A DNA stretch of 64,000 nt, taken from Akkermansia muciniphila (GTDB taxonomy: Bacteria > Verrucomicrobiota > Verrucomicrobiia > Methylacidiphilales > CAMAQI01). The DNA lies in contig CAMCYL010000001.1 in NCBI GenBank assembly GCA_945883905.1, positions 2,088-66,087 of the forward strand. The letters are read 5' to 3'. Shown here in pieces: positions 20,251 through 27,924 of this stretch (the stretch's first letter is position 1; each line of letters begins with the position of its first letter). The notes below the pieces were generated by a model. That model was given only the letters and a program-made list of their open reading frames with translations, made no database searches and had not been told where the DNA came from. The position numbers and the translations under genes were made by a program.

Positions 20251-20999
20251 ACCGAGAGCAAATCATTGAGGTGCTTTTGTCGGTTCGTTCCCGCGAAGAG
20301 GGAAAAGGAGATCGAGTTGTTGAAGCTGCTTTTGAGCAGATGGATAAAGACCCAACCCTGAGAGCCATTTGGGAGGAGCAACGTCAATGGGATCAACTTT
20401 TTAAAAAATCGATTCATTCGATTGCAGTCCCGACCGATTTAAAGCAAAGAATCTTGGAGCAGAATCACTCTTCAGGGGATCAGATATCATCGATTATCCC
20501 TTTTCCTCGCTATTTATGGATTCCTTTAGCGGCTGCGGCCTTGGTGATTCTTAGTTTTATCTTTTTTAACTTTCAAGTAGAGAGTGAAAGTCGCGATTTT
20601 GCTCGTTTTGAGGAGAGGGCCGTTGATTATACGCAAGGCTTTTTTATGCTCTCAAAGAAAACAGGGCAACAAAGTGAAGTTCGGGAGTGGCTCAGGAGTC
20701 ATGGAGCTCCCCATTCATTTAAGATTCCCTTTCAAATTGAAGGACTCTCCCAATTGGGATGTCGTCAGGTGAAATTTTGTGGAATCTCCTCCTCGATGAT
20801 TTGTTTTGAAATTGAGGGGAAACATCAAGAGGTTCATCTTTTTATTGTGGATAAATCCCATCTCGAAAATTTACCCCCTTACGGCGTTCCGGAGGTTCTT
20901 CAGAAGAAGGGAAATGCAGTAGCGCGGTGGACCGATGACAATCATGGTTATATTTTAACGGGAGCGATTACCTTAGAGGAGATGAAATCTTTATTTTAA
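20247..20999 (+). CDS. Putative single-pass transmembrane anti-sigma factor
   Basis: ATGA-coupled to the sigma gene. It has an about 85-aa cytoplasmic N-terminus, one TM helix (YLWIPLAAAALVILSFIFFNF) and an about 140-aa extracytoplasmic domain with 3 Cys. No HxxxCxxC zinc motif. Confidence 0.55.
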   Translation: MNREQIIEVLLSVRSREEGKGDRVVEAAFEQMDKDPTLRAIWEEQRQWDQLFKKSIHSIAVPTDLKQRILEQNHSSGDQISSIIPFPRYLWIPLAAAALVILSFIFFNFQVESESRDFARFEERAVDYTQGFFMLSKKTGQQSEVREWLRSHGAPHSFKIPFQIEGLSQLGCRQVKFCGISSSMICFEIEGKHQEVHLFIVDKSHLENLPPYGVPEVLQKKGNAVARWTDDNHGYILTGAITLEEMKSLF

Positions 21000-21006
21000 T
21001 TATTTT

Positions 21007-21030
21007 GGAATAAAGCAATGGTTTGTGTCT
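21007..21030 (+). promoter_or_regulatory. Candidate ECF-type promoter upstream of the Cys-repeat peptide gene
   Basis: TGGAATAAAGCAATGGTTTGTGTCTCCC: GGAAT, 15-nt spacer, GTCT. It shares GGAATAAA and TGTCTC with the motif upstream of the sigma gene. Confidence 0.4.
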
Positions 21031-21095
21031 CCCAATTTTAGAACTGTTTGGGAATCCTCACAGTTTATTGAAAAAAATAAAACAAGGAGCAGATA

Positions 21096-21380
21096 ATGAC
21101 TAAAACGACACGTACAATGATTGCGGCTGCCGCCGTTGCAGGAATTTTAACTGGAATCTCGGTGAAAACAGCGAATGCAGGAGTTCTTGCTTCAACTGTT
21201 TTAGCGGATGAAAAAGCGAAATGTTCTGGTAAGGATGGGTGTCCTGCAAAAAAAGAGACTCCCGATAAAGATAAAAAAGAGAAACATGCTTGTAATGGTA
21301 AAGAGGGCTGTTCTGGAAAGAAGGAAAAGGAATCTTGCAGTGGCAAAGAGGGTTGCCCTGGTAAAAAAGATAAGAAATAA
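21096..21380 (+). CDS. Secreted Lys-rich peptide with three C-x5-C repeats, a candidate MNIO substrate (HvfA/bufferin-like)
   Basis: AAGGAG lies 6 nt upstream of the ATG. Sec signal MTKTTRTMIAAAAVAGILTGISVKTANA|G. The mature part carries KCSGKDGCPAKK / ACNGKEGCSGKK / SCSGKEGCPGKK. Confidence 0.7.
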   Translation: MTKTTRTMIAAAAVAGILTGISVKTANAGVLASTVLADEKAKCSGKDGCPAKKETPDKDKKEKHACNGKEGCSGKKEKESCSGKEGCPGKKDKK

Positions 21381-21660
21381 TTCTATCGATTTCTAAAGTT
21401 GCAATAAAGCGAGGGCACGGACTCAAGTGGCGTTCGTGGAGGACCTCATCGAAAATGAATCTCTTAGGAAGGCTGGAATTCAGGAAAAATTGATTTGAAT
21501 ATGGAATGGTATTCAATCCAAAATTCGGATTCTTTTTCCTGTTTTCTTGCTTTCCTAAGAGTTCTTTTTTGAATTCTATCATATCCTTTTAATCAATTTT
21601 TTATTGCAATAGAAAGCTCAGATTTTAATTGGAATCGATGAAGTTGATTTAAGATTCATC

Positions 21661-22530
21661 ATGCCTGCAAATCGTTTTAATAATTTCACTGAATACGAAA
21701 TCGGAATTGGACTTCGTGTTCCGCACTATGATCATATTTTATCGGAGCGACCAACCGTGGATTGGTTTGAGATTATTTCGGAGAATTACATGCAGGAGGG
21801 GGGGCGTCCTTTATCTGTTCTTGATCGCATTTTAGAGCAGTATCAGGTCGTTCAACATGGTGTTTCTCTTTATTTTGGCTCTAAGGATCCGTTGAATCGG
21901 ACTCATTTAAAGAAACTTAAAAAACTTTGTCAGCGCACAAAAACTCCGTGGCTTTCAGATCATTTATGCTGGGGAAGTGTGGATGGAACCTATTCTCACG
22001 ATCTTTTACCTCTTCCGTATACCTTAGAAGCGGCGAAGAATGCAGCGAAAAAAATTCGTGAGGTTCGTGACTTTTTAGAAATCCCTATTGCTGTCGAGAA
22101 TGTGAGTAGTTATGCTGAATTTCATTCTTCTGAAATGAATGAGTGGGAGTTTTTGACCGAGGTCGTCGAGCGGGCTGATTGTGGAATTCTATTGGATGTG
22201 AACAATATTTATGTCTCCTCGCAGAATCATACCTTTGATCCCAGAGATTATATTTTAGGAGTGCCTCATCATCGTGTAGCTCAGATGCATATCGCCGGAC
22301 ATTCTAAGTATGAACGATTTATTATTGATACCCATGATCATCCGGTCATCGACCCCGTTTGGGCTCTTTACGATTTAGCGATTCAAAAAGTGGGGCCGAC
22401 AGCGACGCTCTTAGAATGGGATGCTCGTATTCCCTCTTTTCAAGAGGTTCATGATGAGGCAAAGAAAGCGACTCGATATTGGAAAAGTCGAAAAAAGATT
22501 GCGCAAAAAAAACAGAAAAGAGGATCATGA
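21661..22530 (+). CDS. DUF692 / MNIO-family (MbnB/HvfB/BufB-like) iron-dependent peptide-modifying enzyme
   Basis: The full-length DUF692 pattern is present: IGIGLRVPHY, WFEIISENYM, QHGVSLYFGS, WLSDHLCW, LLPLPYT, AVENVSSY, LLDVNNIYVSSQNH, HIAGH, IDTHDHPV, LLEWD. Confidence 0.85.
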   Translation: MPANRFNNFTEYEIGIGLRVPHYDHILSERPTVDWFEIISENYMQEGGRPLSVLDRILEQYQVVQHGVSLYFGSKDPLNRTHLKKLKKLCQRTKTPWLSDHLCWGSVDGTYSHDLLPLPYTLEAAKNAAKKIREVRDFLEIPIAVENVSSYAEFHSSEMNEWEFLTEVVERADCGILLDVNNIYVSSQNHTFDPRDYILGVPHHRVAQMHIAGHSKYERFIIDTHDHPVIDPVWALYDLAIQKVGPTATLLEWDARIPSFQEVHDEAKKATRYWKSRKKIAQKKQKRGS

Positions 22531-23423
22531 ACTCCCTTGCTCAAATCCAAAAAGACTTTTTAAATTGCGTAAAATCTCCTTTGAATTCAAAAGATCGGAT
22601 TCAACTGAATCCGAAGGGGGTTCAATGGGTAAAGTCGGAGATGAAGCCGAATGATCGATTGAGTGGAGAGGCACGTATAGAGATCTATGCCCGACAATAT
22701 TGGTTTCGAATTTTAGAGTCCCTTTATGACGATTTTCCAGGATTAAGAGCGTTGATGGGGGATCTTGCCTTTGAGCGATTGATCCGAGAATATATCGAAA
22801 AATACCCCTCACGCTCCTATACCTTACGTGATTTTGGGAATCGATTGCCTGCTTATATTCTAAAAGAAAAAAAACGATATAAAACGAATTCAATCCTTTA
22901 TTTTCAAATGGCAACCATGGAGCTTGCTCAACTTCATGTTTTTGATGAAAAAGAGGAAAAGCCTTTGAGTTCAAAGAGTTTAGGGTCGAGACCTTTGAAT
23001 CGTCGTTTTCAGATTGCACCTCATGTTCGTTTGATGATTTTAGATTATCCGCTCGATGAATTGCAGTTAAAGTTAAATCAAGGCGGGGTTCGTGAGCAGT
23101 TGAGTAATGGGGTTTTAGATCGACGATTGAGAACTAAATGTCGATTGATCGTTGGAAAACTTCAAAAAGAAAAGGTTTTCCTAGCGGTGCATCGACATCA
23201 GTATCGGGTTTATTTCAAAAGAATGGAGCCTTGGGCATTTGAATTATTACAGAGTTTAGAATCGGGAAAACCGTTGGGGAAAGCGATCGAGATCGTGTTG
23301 AGTCAGAAGAAATATTTAAAGCAGGGAATTTCTGATCGTGTTGGAGATCAATTTCGAGAGTGGTCTGCCTTGGGGTGGATTCAAATATTAAAATCAAAAA
23401 CGACTTTCTTCAAGTCTCAGTAA
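22527..23423 (+). CDS. DUF2063 protein (HvfC/BufC-like partner of MNIO enzymes)
   Basis: ATGA overlap with the DUF692 stop. The N-terminus IQKDFLNCV...IEIYARQYWFRILESLYDDFPGLRALMGDLAFERLIREYIEKYPSRSYTL matches the DUF2063 pattern. Confidence 0.75.
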   Translation: MNSLAQIQKDFLNCVKSPLNSKDRIQLNPKGVQWVKSEMKPNDRLSGEARIEIYARQYWFRILESLYDDFPGLRALMGDLAFERLIREYIEKYPSRSYTLRDFGNRLPAYILKEKKRYKTNSILYFQMATMELAQLHVFDEKEEKPLSSKSLGSRPLNRRFQIAPHVRLMILDYPLDELQLKLNQGGVREQLSNGVLDRRLRTKCRLIVGKLQKEKVFLAVHRHQYRVYFKRMEPWAFELLQSLESGKPLGKAIEIVLSQKKYLKQGISDRVGDQFREWSALGWIQILKSKTTFFKSQ

Positions 23424-23855
23424 CGCTTTTTTAATTTTGAGTCCACCGGCATATCCAACAAGTTCTCCTTTTTGACCTAGGACGCGGTGACAAGGAACGA
23501 GGATCATCCATGGATTTTGATTACAGGCCCCTCCGACCGCTCTAGAGGCTTTTGGGGATTCGATGGTTTGAGCGATCTCTCCATAACTACGAGTTTCCCC
23601 GTAAGGAATTGATTGAAGAGTTTTCCAGACCTTTTGTTGAAAAACGGTTCCCTCTGAATTTAACGGAAGATCAAATTTTTTAAGATCCCCTTTGAAGTAT
23701 CGATCGAGTTGATGGATTGCTTCACGAAGGAGGGGGGAGGTCGGTGCCTCTGCTTTATTTTCTGAGAGAACAAATTGAACCGAGAGGATCGTTTGCGGTG
23801 TACCGAGGATTTGGATTCTTCCCAGAGGGGAGAGGAAGATTGCCGAAGCGATCAC
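23394..23855 (-). CDS. ogt: Methylated-DNA--protein-cysteine methyltransferase
   Basis: 153 aa with the active-site PCHRV and IPYGETRSYGEIA motifs. Confidence 0.9.
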   Translation of the reverse strand: MIASAIFLSPLGRIQILGTPQTILSVQFVLSENKAEAPTSPLLREAIHQLDRYFKGDLKKFDLPLNSEGTVFQQKVWKTLQSIPYGETRSYGEIAQTIESPKASRAVGGACNQNPWMILVPCHRVLGQKGELVGYAGGLKIKKALLRLEESRF

Positions 23856-25366
23856 TCCGGTTTTCCGGCGCCGAAAACGTAATCGGGAAATTCGTATCGG
23901 GAGGTTTTTGAAAGTCCTTTGATGAAGTCGTTTAAGACTCTGCTTTGATAGCTGTTTGAGAGCCGAGATTCAATCATCGGTTGGATTTTTTTAAATTCCT
24001 CTGGATTTCCCTGTTTTTGTCCCTCGAAAAAGGCAATGACACCGCCGTTTGAATTCGGTTTGAAGGAACTGACTTGTCCCACTTGAAGCTCTTGGGAGAG
24101 AGAGACCCAGAGATTCATATCTGGATCTTTTTGATTTGGCTCGGCTGGTTTAAATTCCGGAATCTCTTGAACGGTGAGTTTAGAGGCGGAGGCCGCTGCT
24201 TTAAAGGGAGTTCCGGATTTAACTGCCTCGTGAAGTTTGATGGAAAGAGCCTCTCCTTGGGTTCGAGTGGATTCTGCGGATTTACGGTCAGAGATCATTT
24301 TTTTAAGAACAGGGGAGACGAGGGGAAGGGGTTTGAGTGTGGCTGGAGTGATATTGAGGAGTTGGATGACATAGAACCCATCTTCAAGTTCAACGGCGGA
24401 ACTGACGGCGTCCTCTTTGGAGAGTCTAAAAGCAGCGCGATTAAAGTGAACACTTGGAGGAAGGGGGGTGGCTGCCCCGGAAAGCGTGAAAAAACCGGTT
24501 TTTCCAGAGGTGGCCCCTTCGGCCGTAGCGATTTTTTGAAATTGTGTCACATCACGGTTTGAGTAGAGCTTCGTACTGAGATTTTGTGCCTTTTCTGCAA
24601 GACGAACTTTAACCTCTGACTTCTCTTTTTCGTTCAATTTGAGTTCTGCAGGAGAGAATCGATACGAGGCAAAAGCAACCTCTCGAAGTTCTTCCGTCAT
24701 TAGGGCAGGATCATTGAGTCGTGCCTCATATTCCTTTTGAATCTCCTCAGGGGTAACGATGATTCCACTTGTATTTAAAGGAAGACGAATGACGGAGAGC
24801 TTTACAGGTCCCATCATGCGGTTAAAGAGATTGAGAGATTCTTGAGCAGAGACCTTAACGGATCCGATGAGAGAAAGTCGAAATTGGTCGACGATGAGTT
24901 GTTCTCGAACAATTTGTTCAAATCGAGTAGAGCTAATTCCTTGGCTTCCTAGAAATCCACGAACGAACTGTTGATAGTATTCGGCTTGGTATTTGCCCTC
25001 TTTTTGAAAGAAAGGGAGTTTTTTAATATAATCGATCACCTCTTGATCGCTCACACGAACTCCTGCTTTTTGAGCTTCAGCAAGGAGCGAAAGATGAATC
25101 CAAGTCATTCGCATGATTTGATTGCGGGTATTTTCGTTATCTGGGGCTTGTCCACCGCTTTCGATCTGATACCAAAGAGACATTCCTTGAAATGCGACCT
25201 TGAAGTCATCAAAGAGATAGTTTTTACCATCGATCTTGCCCGCCTTGTTGTTGGGGCTCATGACATCTAATGCGCTGATATTAAAAAATAAAGCAAAGGA
25301 GAAAAAAAGAAGAGTAAAGAATAGAATCATCATCCATTTGGACTGTTCGCGTAAGAAGGTAAGCAT
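23852..25366 (-). CDS. PpiD/SurA-like periplasmic chaperone (membrane-anchored)
   Basis: N-terminal TM helix (WMMILFFTLLFFSFALFF), a SurA_N-like region and a parvulin-like remnant (DGFYVIQLL). Start placed at ATG 25366. ATGA overlap with ogt. Confidence 0.7.
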   Translation of the reverse strand: MLTFLREQSKWMMILFFTLLFFSFALFFNISALDVMSPNNKAGKIDGKNYLFDDFKVAFQGMSLWYQIESGGQAPDNENTRNQIMRMTWIHLSLLAEAQKAGVRVSDQEVIDYIKKLPFFQKEGKYQAEYYQQFVRGFLGSQGISSTRFEQIVREQLIVDQFRLSLIGSVKVSAQESLNLFNRMMGPVKLSVIRLPLNTSGIIVTPEEIQKEYEARLNDPALMTEELREVAFASYRFSPAELKLNEKEKSEVKVRLAEKAQNLSTKLYSNRDVTQFQKIATAEGATSGKTGFFTLSGAATPLPPSVHFNRAAFRLSKEDAVSSAVELEDGFYVIQLLNITPATLKPLPLVSPVLKKMISDRKSAESTRTQGEALSIKLHEAVKSGTPFKAAASASKLTVQEIPEFKPAEPNQKDPDMNLWVSLSQELQVGQVSSFKPNSNGGVIAFFEGQKQGNPEEFKKIQPMIESRLSNSYQSRVLNDFIKGLSKTSRYEFPDYVFGAGKPE

Positions 25367-25421
25367 AAGGGGTAGATTTCTGCCGTGCCTAGGCAGATCA
25401 GGCAAGCGAAAACTTGGTTAT

Positions 25422-26561
25422 TTATCTTTGGGAGAGAATGACGCGACGGATTCGATCGATGATTTCCGGAAGATCTTCAGAGGCGGTTTTACGTCCCATC
25501 GAAAAACGAACCGTTGCTTGTGCCTTTGAGTCTGGGATTCCCATCGCTTGAAGGACGTGGGAGGTTTGAACGCTGCCAACCATACAGGCAGAGCCACTGG
25601 AAACAGCGAGTCCTGCGAGATCCATTCCCATTAAAAGCTCTTCCCCTTGGTGATGGGTAAAGCTGACATTTAAGGTATTCGAAAGTCTTTTTTCGGGGTC
25701 GCCATTGCGTTGAATTCCAGGAAGATCAGCGATTCCGTTCCAGAGACTTTCGGTCAAGTCGTAGAGTCGTTTTCTCTCTATTTCAGAGTCCTGTTGTGCG
25801 ATTTCGTACGCCTCAACAAATCCGGTGATTGCCGAGACCGTTTCCGTTCCAGGACGTCGTTGATTTTCTTGCGATCCTCCGAGATGAAGGCTTTGAAGGG
25901 AGGTTCCCGCCTTCAGATAGAGCAGTCCGGCGCCCTGAGGTCCATAGAACTTATGGGCGGTTAGACTCATCGCTGTTAGATTCCAATCGGAGGGAATTAA
26001 TGCTTCTTTTCCTGCACTTTGAACGGCATCGGTATGGAATAAAATTTGATGCTGTGAGCAAAGTGCTCCGATCTCTTTCATTGGCGAGAGGACCCCTGTT
26101 TCATTATTCGAGGAAAGGATACTGACAAGAATCGTCTCTTTACGAATCGCCTGGGCGAGCGATTGAATCTCGATCTTTCCGGAGGGAGTCAGAGGAAGTA
26201 CAGTGATTTCAAAGCCTTCATGTGTTTTCAGATAATCGAAAGCATGAAGAACCGCATGATGTTCTCCCGCAGAGGTAATTAAATGTTTTCCTCGATGAGA
26301 ATAGGCTCGAGCAAGTCCAAGAATCGCAAGGTTATTACTTTCCGTCCCTCCCCCTGTAAAAATTATTTCAGAGGGTTTTCCTTTGAGAAGTTTTGCAAGA
26401 CGTTCACGGGCGAAATCAATAGCGGCACGTGTTTTTCGTCCCTCGGCATGAACACTGGAGGGATTCCCCAACGTTCCCGATTGTAGCCACGGGAGCATCT
26501 TCTCCAAGACACGTGGATCGAGCGGGGTCGTGGCGTTATGATCGAGATAGAAACGCTTCAT
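25422..26561 (-). CDS. Cysteine desulfurase (class V aminotransferase, NifS/IscS-like)
   Basis: YLDHNATTP, the PLP-Lys context SLTAHKFYGPQG, and the catalytic SSGSAC motif. Confidence 0.85.
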   Translation of the reverse strand: MKRFYLDHNATTPLDPRVLEKMLPWLQSGTLGNPSSVHAEGRKTRAAIDFARERLAKLLKGKPSEIIFTGGGTESNNLAILGLARAYSHRGKHLITSAGEHHAVLHAFDYLKTHEGFEITVLPLTPSGKIEIQSLAQAIRKETILVSILSSNNETGVLSPMKEIGALCSQHQILFHTDAVQSAGKEALIPSDWNLTAMSLTAHKFYGPQGAGLLYLKAGTSLQSLHLGGSQENQRRPGTETVSAITGFVEAYEIAQQDSEIERKRLYDLTESLWNGIADLPGIQRNGDPEKRLSNTLNVSFTHHQGEELLMGMDLAGLAVSSGSACMVGSVQTSHVLQAMGIPDSKAQATVRFSMGRKTASEDLPEIIDRIRRVILSQR

Positions 26562-27469
26562 TAAATTTGAAAGTCATCCGTATTTTTAGTGCGCGTACGA
26601 ATCTGAACTCCAACCGCTTCAAAGGTGACCACTGAATCCGGGGGAACCGATCGAGTCAACCAGACATTTCCACCGACGACACTGCGTTCGCCGATTACAG
26701 TGTCACCCCCGAGAATGGTGGCGGCAGAATAAATGGTGACCTCATCTTCAATCGTTGGATGTCTTTTACCGGTCGTCGATTGTCCTTGCGAATCACGTGT
26801 TACACGATGAGCGACACTTCTTCCTCCGAGTGTGACCCCTTGATAAACGCGGACGCGATTACCGATGATGGTGGTCTCACCGATGACCACCCCCGTACCA
26901 TGATCGATAAAGAAGTGAGTTCCGATCTGGGCTCCAGGATGAATATCAATTCCGGATCGGGCATGAGCCCATTCCGTCATCATTCGTGGAATTAAAGAGA
27001 CCCCCAGTCTGTAGAGCGTATGGGCCATTCGTTGGACCGCAATCGTTTCAATTCCCGGATAGGCCAAGATGACCTCCTCGGTACTTGTCGCGGCGGGATC
27101 TCCTTGATAGGCGGCCTCGACATCGGTTTGAATGGTCAATCGAGTCGAGGTGAGTGATTTTAAAAATAGCTCAAGCATCTCCTCGGCACTTTTTTCGGCG
27201 GTTGGTCGATAATCGAGACTTTTGCTGATTTCGAGATGGAGACGTTGTTGGATACTAGCGAGTAAGGCGGTCGCATATTCCGGAAGTTCCTCTCGTTTTA
27301 AGATCCGATCGGAGTGGAATCCCGGAAAAAGGAGTGAAAGAAGGTCTTTTGTGATCGATGCAATGGCCCCTTTGGAGGGAAGGTTGATTCCATCAATATG
27401 ATTGATTCCCCCGCATTCAGCATAAGAATCAAGGAGGTCATCGACGAGTTGTGGCAGAAATGAGTCCAT
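26561..27469 (-). CDS. cysE: Serine O-acetyltransferase (EpsC-type, long N-terminus)
   Basis: Hexapeptide-repeat C-terminus (IHPGAQIGTHFFIDHGTGVVIGETTIIG...) with an SAT-type N-terminal helical domain. TAATG overlap with the desulfurase gene. Confidence 0.8.
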   Translation of the reverse strand: MDSFLPQLVDDLLDSYAECGGINHIDGINLPSKGAIASITKDLLSLLFPGFHSDRILKREELPEYATALLASIQQRLHLEISKSLDYRPTAEKSAEEMLELFLKSLTSTRLTIQTDVEAAYQGDPAATSTEEVILAYPGIETIAVQRMAHTLYRLGVSLIPRMMTEWAHARSGIDIHPGAQIGTHFFIDHGTGVVIGETTIIGNRVRVYQGVTLGGRSVAHRVTRDSQGQSTTGKRHPTIEDEVTIYSAATILGGDTVIGERSVVGGNVWLTRSVPPDSVVTFEAVGVQIRTRTKNTDDFQI

Positions 27470-27567
27470 GTAAGTAGATCTTATATTGAAGGGGAACTTT
27501 GGACAATGAAATAGAAACGATCTTTTTCCTTTTAAGTCCGTCCGGAGTTGATTAGATTCGGATTCCT

Positions 27568-27915
27568 ATGTTAAGCCTTTCTTACAAAGATAAGAATCAA
27601 CTCCTTCGCGAGTTGGTGGAGGCGTTGATGTGGGAACTTGATGCAATTCGTTCTGGGCAGTGGGATCAAATTCCAAAATTCACACAAAATAAACAGGCGT
27701 TAACGGATCGCATGGCTGAATTTGATTGGGCTCCCTCCGCCCAAGATCGGGATGAACTGGAGTATCTTTCATTGAAGGGACAGATCATTGATCTTGAGTA
27801 TCAAGTCCGTCAATCGCTTGAGGTGAAAATGGAGACGGTTAAGTTACAGATGACGGATCTTCAGCAACGTCATAATCGTTGGAAAGCGGCGATTACTCCT
27901 TATCTTCAGAAGTAA
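27568..27915 (+). CDS. Hypothetical coiled-coil protein (weakly FlgN-like)
   Basis: 115-aa helical, Q/E/L-rich ORF. No motif I can assign with confidence. Confidence 0.45.
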   Translation: MLSLSYKDKNQLLRELVEALMWELDAIRSGQWDQIPKFTQNKQALTDRMAEFDWAPSAQDRDELEYLSLKGQIIDLEYQVRQSLEVKMETVKLQMTDLQQRHNRWKAAITPYLQK

Positions 27916-27924
27916 GGATCTCTC

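Noticed and set aside
21100-21582. 160-aa ORF on the minus strand, antisense to the Cys-repeat peptide gene and the spacer
   Set aside because: It is low-complexity, has no motifs and no RBS. It overlaps a plus-strand ORF that has a clean signal peptide, an SD sequence and repeat logic. It is open only because of the Lys-codon (AAA/AAG) bias on the other strand.
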